Below are positions 18,386 through 27,838 of a DNA stretch of 64,000 nt, piece by piece (the first letter of the stretch is position 1; every line of letters begins with the position of its first letter). This stretch comes from an uncultured Actinomycetes bacterium (GTDB lineage Bacteria > Actinomycetota > Thermoleophilia > RBG-16-64-13), in contig CAWDXC010000009.1 in assembly GCA_963806155.1 (NCBI GenBank), positions 198,520-262,519 of the forward strand. The letters are read 5' to 3'. Below the pieces are notes generated by a model. The model did not search any database. It saw nothing but the letters and a program-made list of their open reading frames with translations, and was not told the DNA's origin. Position numbers and translations under genes: made by a program.

Positions 18386-20611
18386 CTAGACCCCCTCCAC
18401 CCTGCAGGGCACATAACGGTGATGGGGCGTGCCGGCGATCCGGTCGCGGTGCGTGTTCTTGGTGAGCAGGTTGACGTTGACCCCGTAGGTCTTGCCCTCG
18501 AAGTCCAGCCCGAAGCCGTGGGGCATGATCACCTGTCCGGACCGGGCAGCTTCGGTCACTTCCAGCTCGATCTCCACACTCCCGGCCTCGGTGGTTATGC
18601 GCACGGTCTGCCCGTCCACCAGCCCCAGGGATCCCGCATCCATGGGATTCATCGAAAGCGTGCAGGCCCGTCTGCCCCGGTTCCATGCGGGATCGCGCAG
18701 CTGGGTGTTGGCTGTTATGTCGATGTGAGCACCGGCCATGAGTATGAGCGGATACCCATGGGGCGGCTCGAGCGCGGCAGCCTCCGACGCCGCGTCGATG
18801 CTCTCCACCCACTCGGCCATTTCGGGCACGAGCAGATCGACGCGCTTGTCCGGGGTGCCAAGGGCAGCCAGGTTGTGCTCGATGGAACTCCGCCCCACCC
18901 ACATCCCTTCCGGATGGTCGATGAGGGCTTGAAGCACCTCATCGGCCAGCCCGGGTCCGGGCGTGAAGCCCACCTGCGCCATTTCCGCAATCGTATGGTC
19001 ACGAGCCGTGAACAGGTTGAACCAGATGTCGGCCAGCTTCGCCGAACCCATGGCTTTGCCCAAAGTCCGGGCCAGGATGAAGGGCAGGGCCGGGCTCAAC
19101 CTGCGGTTAAGGTCGAGGAAAGCCATCAGCTCTGCGGCGAATGCTACCCGGTCACCTTTGGCCGCCTGCACCAGCGAATCGGGGATAGGTGGGATAAGTC
19201 CCAGTCTGTCCGCCAGCCGCACCAGGATCTCGTAGGTCTCTAGAACCTCACCCTCGGGTTGGAGGATGGGCTGGCGCAGTTGATAGAAGATGTTGGGGAA
19301 GGTCCCATCGACCGTGGGCAGAATCCCACCCCAGGACTCAAAGCACGATTGCGCCGGCAGAACGTAGTCGGAGACCATGGCGGTCTCGGTGGAGGCGATA
19401 TCGATGGTGACCAGTAGCTCAAGCTGGCCGAAGGCCTCCTCATAGGCCTTGGTGTCGGCCCAGGAGCGCAAGGGGTTAGCCGCGCACACGATCAGTGCCC
19501 GCACCCGGTCGGGAGCGTCGGTCAGTATCTCTTCGGGAAGGACGTTGGGCGGAAGCATACCCATGATGGGGAAGTAGCCGGTGGCCGGAGTTCGCCAGAG
19601 GGGGGCTCCGGGTTCCGGAGCGTGAGCGTCACTGTGGAGAAGGGTGCCGTGAACGACATTGCCCCCAGGGACCCCCAGGCGCCCGCAGACGGTCTTGAGG
19701 ATCGCTTCCAGGTAAGAGGTGGCGGTACTATGCCGGCTCATCTCTATGCCCAGGCCTGAATGCAGCGAGGACCTGCGGGTGGCGAACAAGCGGCAGACTT
19801 CGCGCACCTGATCGTAATCGAGCTCGCAGACCTGGATGGCCGCCTTGGCGTCGAAATCGGCGAACCAGCCCTCGATCGACGCAAAGCTGTTGGTGTGCCG
19901 CCCGATGTACTCCCTATCCTCCCAACCCTCCTGCAGGATGATGGAAATCATGGCCTTGGTGAGAAGGGCGTCGGTACCCGGGCGGATGGGAAGGTGGATG
20001 TCGGCCAGGGCGGCGGTCTCTGACCGGCGGGGGTCGGTGACCACCAAGGTCCTGTTGGGATCTTTGGAAAAGGCCCGTAGGTAGCGAGGAGCCTGGGGCA
20101 TCATGTTGCTCGTCATGCCGTTCCAGCCGACGATCATGAGCATGTCTGTGTCGTCGTAGTCCGGCAGGGCGGCAAGCCCCAAAGCCGGGTTTCCCATCAT
20201 TCGGGCTGCTACGAACATCTCGCCGGTGAGTTCCTGGGCGAGTGACCCGTAGTAGTTCCGGGAACCGAGCGCGCCCATCAGAAGGCCACCCCAGGCCCCC
20301 GGCTCACCGGCGTAGGCGACGGTACCGGGGCCGCTGTCACCTATGATGCTCTGGATCTTCGCGGCGATCTCGCCCAGCGCCTGCTCCCACGAGATCCTCT
20401 CGTAGCCGCTCCCCGCTTTCTTGAGCGGATGGGTCAGACGCTGCGCGTGCTGGTGATACCGGATGTTGAGCCCTTTGCGGCAGCAGTAGCCCTCGCTGCG
20501 CGGGTTCTCCTTATCCCCCCTGGCCCTGGTGATGCGGTTGTCCTCGATCAGGACTTCCAGCCCGCAGCCCGTCGGGCAGAGATCGCACATGGTCCGTCGC
20601 CATTCGCCCAT
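18386..20611 (-). CDS. molybdopterin-dependent oxidoreductase, stand-alone catalytic subunit with N-terminal 4Fe-4S Cys motif (formate-dehydrogenase/NasA-like MopB)
   Basis: GGAGGGAG SD before ATG 20611; N-term CDLCPTGCGLEV...CCRKG Fe-S motif; ~740 aa MopB-like body and C-terminal domain. Confidence 0.75.
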   Translation of the reverse strand: MGEWRRTMCDLCPTGCGLEVLIEDNRITRARGDKENPRSEGYCCRKGLNIRYHQHAQRLTHPLKKAGSGYERISWEQALGEIAAKIQSIIGDSGPGTVAYAGEPGAWGGLLMGALGSRNYYGSLAQELTGEMFVAARMMGNPALGLAALPDYDDTDMLMIVGWNGMTSNMMPQAPRYLRAFSKDPNRTLVVTDPRRSETAALADIHLPIRPGTDALLTKAMISIILQEGWEDREYIGRHTNSFASIEGWFADFDAKAAIQVCELDYDQVREVCRLFATRRSSLHSGLGIEMSRHSTATSYLEAILKTVCGRLGVPGGNVVHGTLLHSDAHAPEPGAPLWRTPATGYFPIMGMLPPNVLPEEILTDAPDRVRALIVCAANPLRSWADTKAYEEAFGQLELLVTIDIASTETAMVSDYVLPAQSCFESWGGILPTVDGTFPNIFYQLRQPILQPEGEVLETYEILVRLADRLGLIPPIPDSLVQAAKGDRVAFAAELMAFLDLNRRLSPALPFILARTLGKAMGSAKLADIWFNLFTARDHTIAEMAQVGFTPGPGLADEVLQALIDHPEGMWVGRSSIEHNLAALGTPDKRVDLLVPEMAEWVESIDAASEAAALEPPHGYPLILMAGAHIDITANTQLRDPAWNRGRRACTLSMNPMDAGSLGLVDGQTVRITTEAGSVEIELEVTEAARSGQVIMPHGFGLDFEGKTYGVNVNLLTKNTHRDRIAGTPHHRYVPCRVEGV

Positions 20612-20829
20612 TCGCTCCCTCCAGGGAAACCAGATACTCGGCGTTACCGGGGCGACCAAGCCCAGATTCCCGCCGGGCCGGGCTACCGCACTCTAACAGA
20701 TTGCAAGGCCGTTTCGAATCAGTGAGTGCGGTCCCATGGCACCCGCCGAAACCGCTACTCCTGGCCGTCAGCTGATGGGGGCGCCGGCCAGGTCCACGAG
20801 GTTGACGCCCTTCATGCTTCAGCGTTCTC

Positions 20830-21624
20830 TTACACCTGCGCCGTAATCCCGCCGTCCTGAACGAAGGTGGCGCCCGTGATGTAGCTCGAAGCATCGGAGG
20901 CGAGTAGCGCCACCAGTCCCTCGAGTTCATGCGGGTACGCGACGCGTCCCAGGGGGATGGATTGAGCGGCCACGTCGCACAGGAAGTCCAGCCGCTCGGC
21001 CTTTTCGGCCTCGCCCTCCGGCATCCCGAGATCGGTGACGTGCAAGCCGGGGAGGATGGAGTTCACACGTATGCCGAACCGGCCGTACTGCACGGCCGCG
21101 TGCTTGCTTAGGGCGATGATGCCGGCCTTGGACGCGCCGTAGCTGGCAGGAGCGACGTTCCCGCCGCCGAGCGCACCGACGGAAGATATGTTGATGATGC
21201 TGCCGGACTTCTGCGTCATCATGGTCGGCAGGACCGCCTTCATGCACAGAAACTGACCCCTCAGGTTGGTAGCGATCGTCGTGTCCCAGCACTCGACGCT
21301 CTCCTCGTCGATCCTCACCCAAGGCATGGCGATCCCCGCATTGGCCACCAAGACGTCTATTCTCCCGAACCTGGCAATGGCGTCGTCGGCCATCTGCTGG
21401 ATGGTCTCGGCCTTGGTCATATCGGCGGTGAGCGCCAAGACTTCGTGCCCGTACTCGCCGACGAGGCGTACAGTCTCCTCCAGAGCGCTCTTGTCGCGGC
21501 CGACGCAGACGACGTCGGCCCCGTACTTGGCAAGAGTCTCGCAGAAGGCTCTCCCCAGGCCCCGGCTGCCCCCGGTGACGATCGCCACCTTGCCTGTGAG
21601 ATCGAAGATGTTCTTGTCCAGCAT
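20830..21624 (-). CDS. SDR family oxidoreductase (3-oxoacyl-ACP reductase-like)
   Basis: TGGSRGLG cofactor motif, NAG, S...YGASK catalytic triad; 264 aa. Confidence 0.85.
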   Translation of the reverse strand: MLDKNIFDLTGKVAIVTGGSRGLGRAFCETLAKYGADVVCVGRDKSALEETVRLVGEYGHEVLALTADMTKAETIQQMADDAIARFGRIDVLVANAGIAMPWVRIDEESVECWDTTIATNLRGQFLCMKAVLPTMMTQKSGSIINISSVGALGGGNVAPASYGASKAGIIALSKHAAVQYGRFGIRVNSILPGLHVTDLGMPEGEAEKAERLDFLCDVAAQSIPLGRVAYPHELEGLVALLASDASSYITGATFVQDGGITAQV

Positions 21625-21767
21625 GTCAATGCTCCCGGCGGTCAAGATTCCCTGAGACGTGGTCTTGAGCCACGTGGTCTCCAGCGTCGCGGGTAGGCGA
21701 GCCCACTCGGCGGCCTGAGGAACGCTGGGGGCGCGGCGGCTCACGCCGCCGCGCCCCCAGGTTCGAC

Positions 21768-23318
21768 CTAAACGTCCTTCGCTGTTATGTGGTTGCTCGC
21801 CTCGGACACGCCCTTGGGGTCGAAGCTCTTCTTGATCCTTCTCAGCCAATAGGTGTAGTTCGAGGTGTGCGGACCGAAGAAGTCGTGCTGGAAGTCGTTG
21901 AACAGATGATGCGGCAGGCCGTAGTGACCGTTGACCGCGTTCGCGTTGGCCTTGCCCACGTATTCCATCGTCGCCGCGGCGACATCCGGAGCGGGCGTCC
22001 AGCGCAGGAGGACCTCCGCATGGGCGAGCTGTCCCTGCTCGAGAGAGGTGATGAACGGGTCGGTGTTGTCCGGGAAGACCAGTCCTCGCTCGATGAGATC
22101 CTTCTTGTCCTCGCGCGAATGCTGGATGAAGTTCGACTGCACCAGATAGGAGTCTGTGCCGAAGACCTCTCCGCCGAAGACGCCCGTGGCCCGCATGGTC
22201 TCCCGTATGGAAGAGGTCACGCGTATGAACCGCCACATGTAGGCGTTGTGCACGTCGCCCTCTTCCACCGCCTTCAAGGAAGTCGCTTTGGTCTCCTTGA
22301 TGATCAGGTCGAGGACCGCCTTCTTGTACTCGAAATCTCGGGGCGAGTTCCCAGCTATGACGACGCACAAGCCCGGGCCCACGATCTCTTTGGAGAACTG
22401 CTCGGCCAGTACGAGCTCCTCCTCGTTGCTGGTGGCAAGGTTCGCGGCCACCATGTTGGGGTTGAAGCCCATGGCGCCGAAAGCGACCTCGCTCTCGCCT
22501 AACTTCTGGATGGCGGCCTTGCGGCCCTCCTCGTTGGGCCAGGAGAGGTACCTGAGCAAGAAGTTCTCCGGTGCTTTGGCGGGCGCGTAGTTGGGCGAGA
22601 TGCCCTTGATCTCCATCGTCGGAGGACCGGGCCAGTGGTAGACCTTGAGCGCGGCCCTCGTATACACGCCCAGTCCCCCGAGCGGCATCACGTTCCCGCG
22701 CACGATCCCCCGCACCGAGGGTCCGGGGCCGTCCCCGCAAAACCACTCACCGAGGGCGGCCAAGGAGCCGGCCCGGATGACCTCTCCCTCGGGCGTGACC
22801 CATTCCAACGCGAGCTGGTTCCTCTCCCCGATGCTGCACGCCCCGCTCATGTGGCCGATGCCTTCGTGAGCGGCCAGCGGCAACGCGGACGTGTTACCTC
22901 CCGCTCCGTTCACGTTGCAGGTAAGGCCCCTCTTCATCAGCTCGGCCTGGAGTTGCGCGTACACGACGTACGGCTCCACCACTGCGTACATGTTCTCTTC
23001 GTTGATCTCGATGATGCGGTTCATGCGCCGCATATCCAGCTTGATGCAGCCCGGGCCGCCTGCGTCGCAGTAGATCCCCCAGCCTGTGCTGGAGGCTTTG
23101 AACTGGACTCCGAACCTGTTGCACAGCCTTACGATCGCCTGGACCTCTTCGGTGCTACCCGGCATGAGGATGGCTTCGAAACGGGGCATGAAGTCCTGGG
23201 CCGAGGCGGCCTGGCCCGAGCGCCAGGCCCAGGCGTCCAGGTCCACCGGCTCGTTCGAGATGTTCTCCGGCCCGACGATGGCCTCGAAGGCCTGATACTG
23301 CTCTTTCGTGAGTGCCAT
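21768..23318 (-). CDS. FAD-binding oxidoreductase, PCMH/VAO-type FAD-linked oxidase (type A, ~520 aa)
   Basis: FAD-binding PCMH domain; paralogs at 35733..37298 and decayed 37312..38897. Confidence 0.75.
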   Translation of the reverse strand: MALTKEQYQAFEAIVGPENISNEPVDLDAWAWRSGQAASAQDFMPRFEAILMPGSTEEVQAIVRLCNRFGVQFKASSTGWGIYCDAGGPGCIKLDMRRMNRIIEINEENMYAVVEPYVVYAQLQAELMKRGLTCNVNGAGGNTSALPLAAHEGIGHMSGACSIGERNQLALEWVTPEGEVIRAGSLAALGEWFCGDGPGPSVRGIVRGNVMPLGGLGVYTRAALKVYHWPGPPTMEIKGISPNYAPAKAPENFLLRYLSWPNEEGRKAAIQKLGESEVAFGAMGFNPNMVAANLATSNEEELVLAEQFSKEIVGPGLCVVIAGNSPRDFEYKKAVLDLIIKETKATSLKAVEEGDVHNAYMWRFIRVTSSIRETMRATGVFGGEVFGTDSYLVQSNFIQHSREDKKDLIERGLVFPDNTDPFITSLEQGQLAHAEVLLRWTPAPDVAAATMEYVGKANANAVNGHYGLPHHLFNDFQHDFFGPHTSNYTYWLRRIKKSFDPKGVSEASNHITAKDV

Positions 23319-23331
23319 TTCCCAACGCCCC

Positions 23332-24588
23332 TTAAATCGCTTTGTCCAAGATCTCGACAACATCGAGGACCTTGAGGTGGCTGCCGTTCCCATCAAGGTT
23401 CTGCACGCAATGAGGACAGGCTGTGACCAGAGCCTCCGCGCCCGTGGACTCCGCTTCGTTCAGCCGTTCGGCGGCGGTCCATTTGGCGAACTCGGGGTTG
23501 GTCTCCCTCACCCCTCCCCCGGCCCCACAGCACCAAGCGTATTCCCGGACGCGGTCCATCTCCACCAGCTTGAGGCCGGGTATGCTCTTGAGGAGGTCAC
23601 GGGCGGGTTCGTAGACACCATAGGTGCCGCGCCGCAGGGTGCGGGGCGGATCGTAGACCCGCATGTGCCTCTCCCGCTGCACGCCTTTCCAGTGGATCCA
23701 GGGCTCGCTCAAGCGGCCCAGGTGGCAGGGATCGTGGTAGGTGACAGTTATGTCCACGGCTTTCTTGGGCTTGAGCTTCTTCTTCTCGACCAACTGGGCC
23801 AGGTACTCGGTGATGTGCCACACCTTGATGTCCATGCCCAGCCCGAGCTTGTCGTAGAGCACCTTGAAGTACTGGTAACAGTGAGCACAGCCGGTGACCA
23901 GTTCCGTGGCCCCTGACTCCTTGAAGCGCGCCACGTTCAGTTCGGCCTGTTTGAGAGATTCGTCCAGATATCCCATCTCGTAGGCCCGGCCCCCGCAGCA
24001 CAGCTCGCGGTCCTTGGCGATGCCCACGTCAACTCCCGCTTTCTTGAGCAAGGAGAGGGCGGCTCGGGCCGCGTTGCCGGCGGCTTTGTCGTAGTTGGCC
24101 AGACAGCCGGCGTGATAGACGACCGGGACTTTCTTCTGTGTATAGTCCTTGACGTCCAGCCCTTTGTACCACTGGTCCCGTTTGCCTTTTGCTCCGAGCA
24201 CCATCGGCCCCTGCTTCTGCATGGTCTGCACGAGCTTGTCCCACACCGGCACGGTCTGGCCGTTCTTCACGCACTCCTGACGGATAGCGTACAGAGGCTC
24301 GAGGACGTCCATCTCCATCGCATACTTGCAGGAGATGTCGCAGGCGCCGCACAGATTGCAGTCATAGACGACCTCCGCCACTTTGGGGGTGTACTCCACC
24401 CGGCCGCGGAGCAGCCCCAGGCCGGAGCCCATGCGGCCGCCGCCGGAGTAGGAATGGAAGTTGTAGCGCGAGATGCTGGGGCACGCATTGGCATGCTCGT
24501 AGCCGGTCACCTTCTCCAAGGGGATGAACTTGCAGGCAGAGCACCGGCAACACGACTCCATCTCCGCTCGATAGTCTTCTAGCGCCAT
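23332..24588 (-). CDS. (Fe-S)-binding protein with two CCG domains (GlcF/HdrD-like)
   Basis: two 4Fe-4S Cys clusters (CCRCSACKF..., CNLCGACDISC) plus CCG motifs (ELCCGG, WCCGAGG). Confidence 0.8.
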   Translation of the reverse strand: MALEDYRAEMESCCRCSACKFIPLEKVTGYEHANACPSISRYNFHSYSGGGRMGSGLGLLRGRVEYTPKVAEVVYDCNLCGACDISCKYAMEMDVLEPLYAIRQECVKNGQTVPVWDKLVQTMQKQGPMVLGAKGKRDQWYKGLDVKDYTQKKVPVVYHAGCLANYDKAAGNAARAALSLLKKAGVDVGIAKDRELCCGGRAYEMGYLDESLKQAELNVARFKESGATELVTGCAHCYQYFKVLYDKLGLGMDIKVWHITEYLAQLVEKKKLKPKKAVDITVTYHDPCHLGRLSEPWIHWKGVQRERHMRVYDPPRTLRRGTYGVYEPARDLLKSIPGLKLVEMDRVREYAWCCGAGGGVRETNPEFAKWTAAERLNEAESTGAEALVTACPHCVQNLDGNGSHLKVLDVVEILDKAI

Positions 24589-24605
24589 AGTTCTGGTCCC
24601 TTCCC

Positions 24606-26072
24606 TTAGAAGCACAGTTTGCCCGGACTCAGGATGCCGGCCGGGTCAACGATCGCCTTGAACTTCTTAAGCGCTTCCACGCTGGCAGCATCCCGATTCA
24701 TGATGTCTCTGGCCGCTTCCCCGAAAGGTCTCGAGAAGAAGGCGCCGGCGCTCATCAACGGCTGGATGGCGCTCGTGGCAAGACCTCTAACGGCGCAGGT
24801 CTCGGTCTTGTCCGTGGGGTCGTAGAAGAGGTTGAACTCCACGTGGCAACTGCTGCCCTGGACGATAGGCTGCAGGTAGACGCCCATCTTGGGCGCGGGA
24901 TACCCGACCGCTTCGGCGGTTTCGCTCATGACCTTGACCAGCCCGGGGATCTTCGCGTAGGTGGTGAGGAAGAAGATATCCTGGCAGCCTCCCTGCCGCC
25001 GGAGCTTCCAGTAAGGCTCGCCGGACGGCCGGCGTATGGCTTCCAGGAACTGGCCGGCACCGACCCCGCCGAGACTCTGCGCGGTCTGCAGACCGAGGCG
25101 CTGCAGGAGCTCACGGGTGTCCTCGATCTGGCCCTGCATCCTCATCTCGGGCAGATACTTGTAAGCGCCCAGGTTGAAGAAGAGGACCCACTGAGGCAGC
25201 TTGGCGACCAGCCGGGTGTAGTCCTCGTCGCTCTGGCTCATCAGCGCGACGACATCGGCACCGTTGAGGAGCAACAGTTCGTTGCCCAGTCTCAGCCGCA
25301 TCAGCCAGTGGGCGGCCTCCAGGAGCTTGGCCACGTCGCCGGACCCGATGAAGTAGGGCTGCTCGATCTCCGGGACCAGTTCGCACCGGGCCGAAGCCCA
25401 GGTGACTATGCCCATCGTCCCCTGCGCGCCCTGGAAGAGACGGTGCAGAGACATGGCCGACGGACCCGCGGCTTCCTTCTGCCGGCCCCCCGCCTTGCGC
25501 TGCTCTTCGATGGTGCCGGGGCCGGCCGCTGCGCCGGTGCGGAACATATCTCCCGTGCCGAAGATGACTTCGGTGGAACCGATGGGATCGGCGATATCCC
25601 AATGGTAATGAGGCATGGTCACCGGTTCCCGGGAGAGCATGCTACCGACCACCGACTTGGTCTTGCGCGGCTGCAGCGGCATGTTCAGCCTCAGTCCCTT
25701 CTTGGCCGCCGCCTTGCTCAGTTCGCCGAAGGTGACTCCCGGTTCGACGATCGACACCACACGCTCGAAGGGATCGATCAGGTCGATCTTCTTCATGCCG
25801 CTCATGTCCACGACCACGGCATCGCCGGTGGAGGGGACGGTGTCGCCGTAGAAATGAGGGCCGCCGGAGCTGACCGGAACGAGAGGTGTGCCGGCCTCTT
25901 TGGCCAGGTTCACAAGCTTCTGGACGGTCTCCGCCGAATCGGCCTTGACCACGAACCGCGGACGCACTCTGCCGACGAAACTGAGATCACCGGCGTAGGC
26001 GTCCAGGACGGACGGGTCCTGGCTGACGCTACGTGCCCCGGCGATCTCCTGCAATGCCTTCTCCGTTATCAT
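24606..26072 (-). CDS. FAD-binding oxidoreductase, GlcD/D-lactate dehydrogenase-like (type B)
   Basis: FAD-binding domain PLVPVSSGGPHFYGDTVP; C-terminal FAD-oxidase_C; paralog at 34217..35689. Confidence 0.8.
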   Translation of the reverse strand: MITEKALQEIAGARSVSQDPSVLDAYAGDLSFVGRVRPRFVVKADSAETVQKLVNLAKEAGTPLVPVSSGGPHFYGDTVPSTGDAVVVDMSGMKKIDLIDPFERVVSIVEPGVTFGELSKAAAKKGLRLNMPLQPRKTKSVVGSMLSREPVTMPHYHWDIADPIGSTEVIFGTGDMFRTGAAAGPGTIEEQRKAGGRQKEAAGPSAMSLHRLFQGAQGTMGIVTWASARCELVPEIEQPYFIGSGDVAKLLEAAHWLMRLRLGNELLLLNGADVVALMSQSDEDYTRLVAKLPQWVLFFNLGAYKYLPEMRMQGQIEDTRELLQRLGLQTAQSLGGVGAGQFLEAIRRPSGEPYWKLRRQGGCQDIFFLTTYAKIPGLVKVMSETAEAVGYPAPKMGVYLQPIVQGSSCHVEFNLFYDPTDKTETCAVRGLATSAIQPLMSAGAFFSRPFGEAARDIMNRDAASVEALKKFKAIVDPAGILSPGKLCF

Positions 26073-26231
26073 GTCCACTGCCTTCCTGAGGCTCCTTGAC
26101 GCCATCTCCTCAAACCATCTTTGACCGGACCTGACGACCTGCTGCGGTCTTCCGAAGAACGCTCCGTAAGGCCCCCTTTCAAAGCGAACGCATTAGCACC
26201 CCCTCCCATCTGAACGAGGGGTCCTGGAAGC

Positions 26232-26270
26232 ACAGTATCATCAGAAGAAACCGATATCAAGTCCGTGAGT
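26232..26270 (-). promoter_or_regulatory. candidate promoter for the FAD/FeS dehydrogenase operon: ACTCACGGACTTGATA extended -35, 17-nt spacer, -10 TACTGT
   Basis: read on minus strand; upstream element nearly identical to the one at 50862..50880. Confidence 0.4.
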
Positions 26271-26323
26271 AAAACCCAATACTGCCCAGCCTCGCACCAT
26301 CCATCAACGTCCCGCGAGAGGCG

Positions 26324-27259
26324 CTAGAGCTCGAGCTCCGGGGGCAGAGGCGGCATCTGGCCGGCCAGTTCGGCGATGAGCCCCTCGTACTTGGCAAGCC
26401 GCGAATCGATGTCGATCTCGCCGCTGCGCGCCGCCTGCGCAGCGAGGAACAGCCACAAGTGAGCGCGAAGCAGGTCCGCCCGCGTGTGATTCCCTGGAGA
26501 GACCGCTCCGAAGACCGTCTCCTGGTAGGCGCCGAACAGGCTCAGGGCTATGAGGTCATCACGCGCGGCCGGTCTTCCCGCAGGCGCGGGGACCGCCGTG
26601 AGCTCCTTCATGATGCGCGCCACAGTACCGGCGAGACCTTCCTGGATGGACCGGCGCAGGTCGACGTCCTCCTGCGTTCCTTCCACGCGGATCACGGCAA
26701 AGGCGGCCACACCGAGTTGAAACACGCGAAAGTGGCTGAAGACGTCCCACAGCAAGCGCTCCGCCGGATCCTCCAAAGAAGCCGTCTTCTCGTCGGCGTA
26801 GCTGACACCCCAGTTCGTCAGCACACTCACGCATTCGGCCAGGAGCCTGCGTTTGCTGGGAAAGTGGGTGTAGAAGAGACTGGCGGTGATGCCCAGCCGA
26901 CGCATGAGGGTGGAGACGTGCGTGTTCTTGTAGCCCTTGGTGGAGAACTCGCGCGTGGCAAGAGCCAGGATGCGATTGTGCATCCGCTCATACTCCAGAG
27001 ACACAAGATCCACCGCGGTCTCGTTCGCCTGGTCGACGCGATGCTGAAGTCTATCCTCGATCTCGAGGATGGAAAGTCCGGTCCGTTTCAGCTCGGCGAT
27101 CTCCTGCAGGATCTTGACGTGGTCTTCGGTGTACAAGGATCGGCTGGCAGCGGTCTTCTGAGGGCGGGGGAGCAATCCCAGCCTGAGATAGTAGTGGATG
27201 GTGGTTCGGGGTACCCCACTCACCTTCTCGAGCTCCCGAATGGTAAACGCCTGGATCAC
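26324..27259 (-). CDS. MerR-HTH / TetR-like fusion transcriptional regulator, paralog 1
   Basis: N-term MerR HTH TIRELEKVSGVPRTTIHYYLRLGLLP, then TetR-like HTH domain (~residues 90-150); GTG start with GAGGAG SD. Confidence 0.75.
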   Translation of the reverse strand: MIQAFTIRELEKVSGVPRTTIHYYLRLGLLPRPQKTAASRSLYTEDHVKILQEIAELKRTGLSILEIEDRLQHRVDQANETAVDLVSLEYERMHNRILALATREFSTKGYKNTHVSTLMRRLGITASLFYTHFPSKRRLLAECVSVLTNWGVSYADEKTASLEDPAERLLWDVFSHFRVFQLGVAAFAVIRVEGTQEDVDLRRSIQEGLAGTVARIMKELTAVPAPAGRPAARDDLIALSLFGAYQETVFGAVSPGNHTRADLLRAHLWLFLAAQAARSGEIDIDSRLAKYEGLIAELAGQMPPLPPELEL

Positions 27260-27577
27260 CTTTGCTCCTCGCTAGGGACCGACGCGAGCCGAGAGGACTC
27301 CTCAGGTGCGTCGACTCCGACCGCTGCACATGCCGACAACAAGATTAGTCTCAAGTGACGGTCCGTGGCAACAACACCGCAGACGCTCGGGGCTTGCCGC
27401 CGACGTGCACAGACCGGGCACTAGCTTCGCTGAGGACCGTTCTCGATGTGGGAGGCAGGAGGGGCGCTGCTGGATCTAATTGAACTCCACTTGACAGAAA
27501 GCTATATCAAGTCTTAGACTTCAATCATGTAGCGCTGTAAGGGCCGATCGGCAGGCCGGTGACGAGCCACGCAGATC

Positions 27578-27598
27578 AGTGACCGTCTTGCGGTCACT
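27578..27598. promoter_or_regulatory. inverted repeat AGTGACCG-n5-CGGTCACT, candidate operator
   Basis: 8-bp perfect arms, ~20 bp upstream of the -35 of the alpha1 promoter. Confidence 0.4.
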
Positions 27599-27615
27599 AT
27601 GTATATTAACTTTAA

Positions 27616-27647
27616 GACTTGAGATGTTCTTTCAAACTTGCTAGTGT
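27616..27647 (+). promoter_or_regulatory. candidate promoter: GACTTGAGAT (-35 TTGAGA), 17-nt spacer, -10 TAGTGT
   Basis: shared architecture with promoters at 41333, 50875 and 63294 (minus strand); implies ~185-nt leader before ATG 27839. Confidence 0.45.
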
Positions 27648-27838
27648 GACGGAGGAGCGGGATGTCGCTGCAGAGAGTCGTGGGTGATCGGCCAGGATGG
27701 AGTCCTCACAGGAACAGTCGACGAGGATAGCGCGCATGACCCATCCTCCGGGTTGTCTTCGCCAAACCTCAGCTGAAGAAGACTGATTATGGAGAATCGA
27801 GCCGGATCCCAACTGGGGCAACATGAGGAAAGGAGCAC

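Noticed and set aside
24843-26099. 418-aa + strand ORF
   Set aside because: Antisense shadow of the GlcD-like FAD oxidase. The same applies to 34457..35668, 28604..30274, 30118..32127, 55617..56888, 58172..59845 and other long antisense ORFs in the track.
27491-27520. second possible + strand promoter TTGACA, 18-nt spacer, TAGACT upstream of alpha1
   Set aside because: 18-bp spacing and overlap with the ATATCAAGTC motif make it ambiguous. The downstream GACTTGAGAT / TAGTGT promoter matches the family pattern better. Not listed as a feature.
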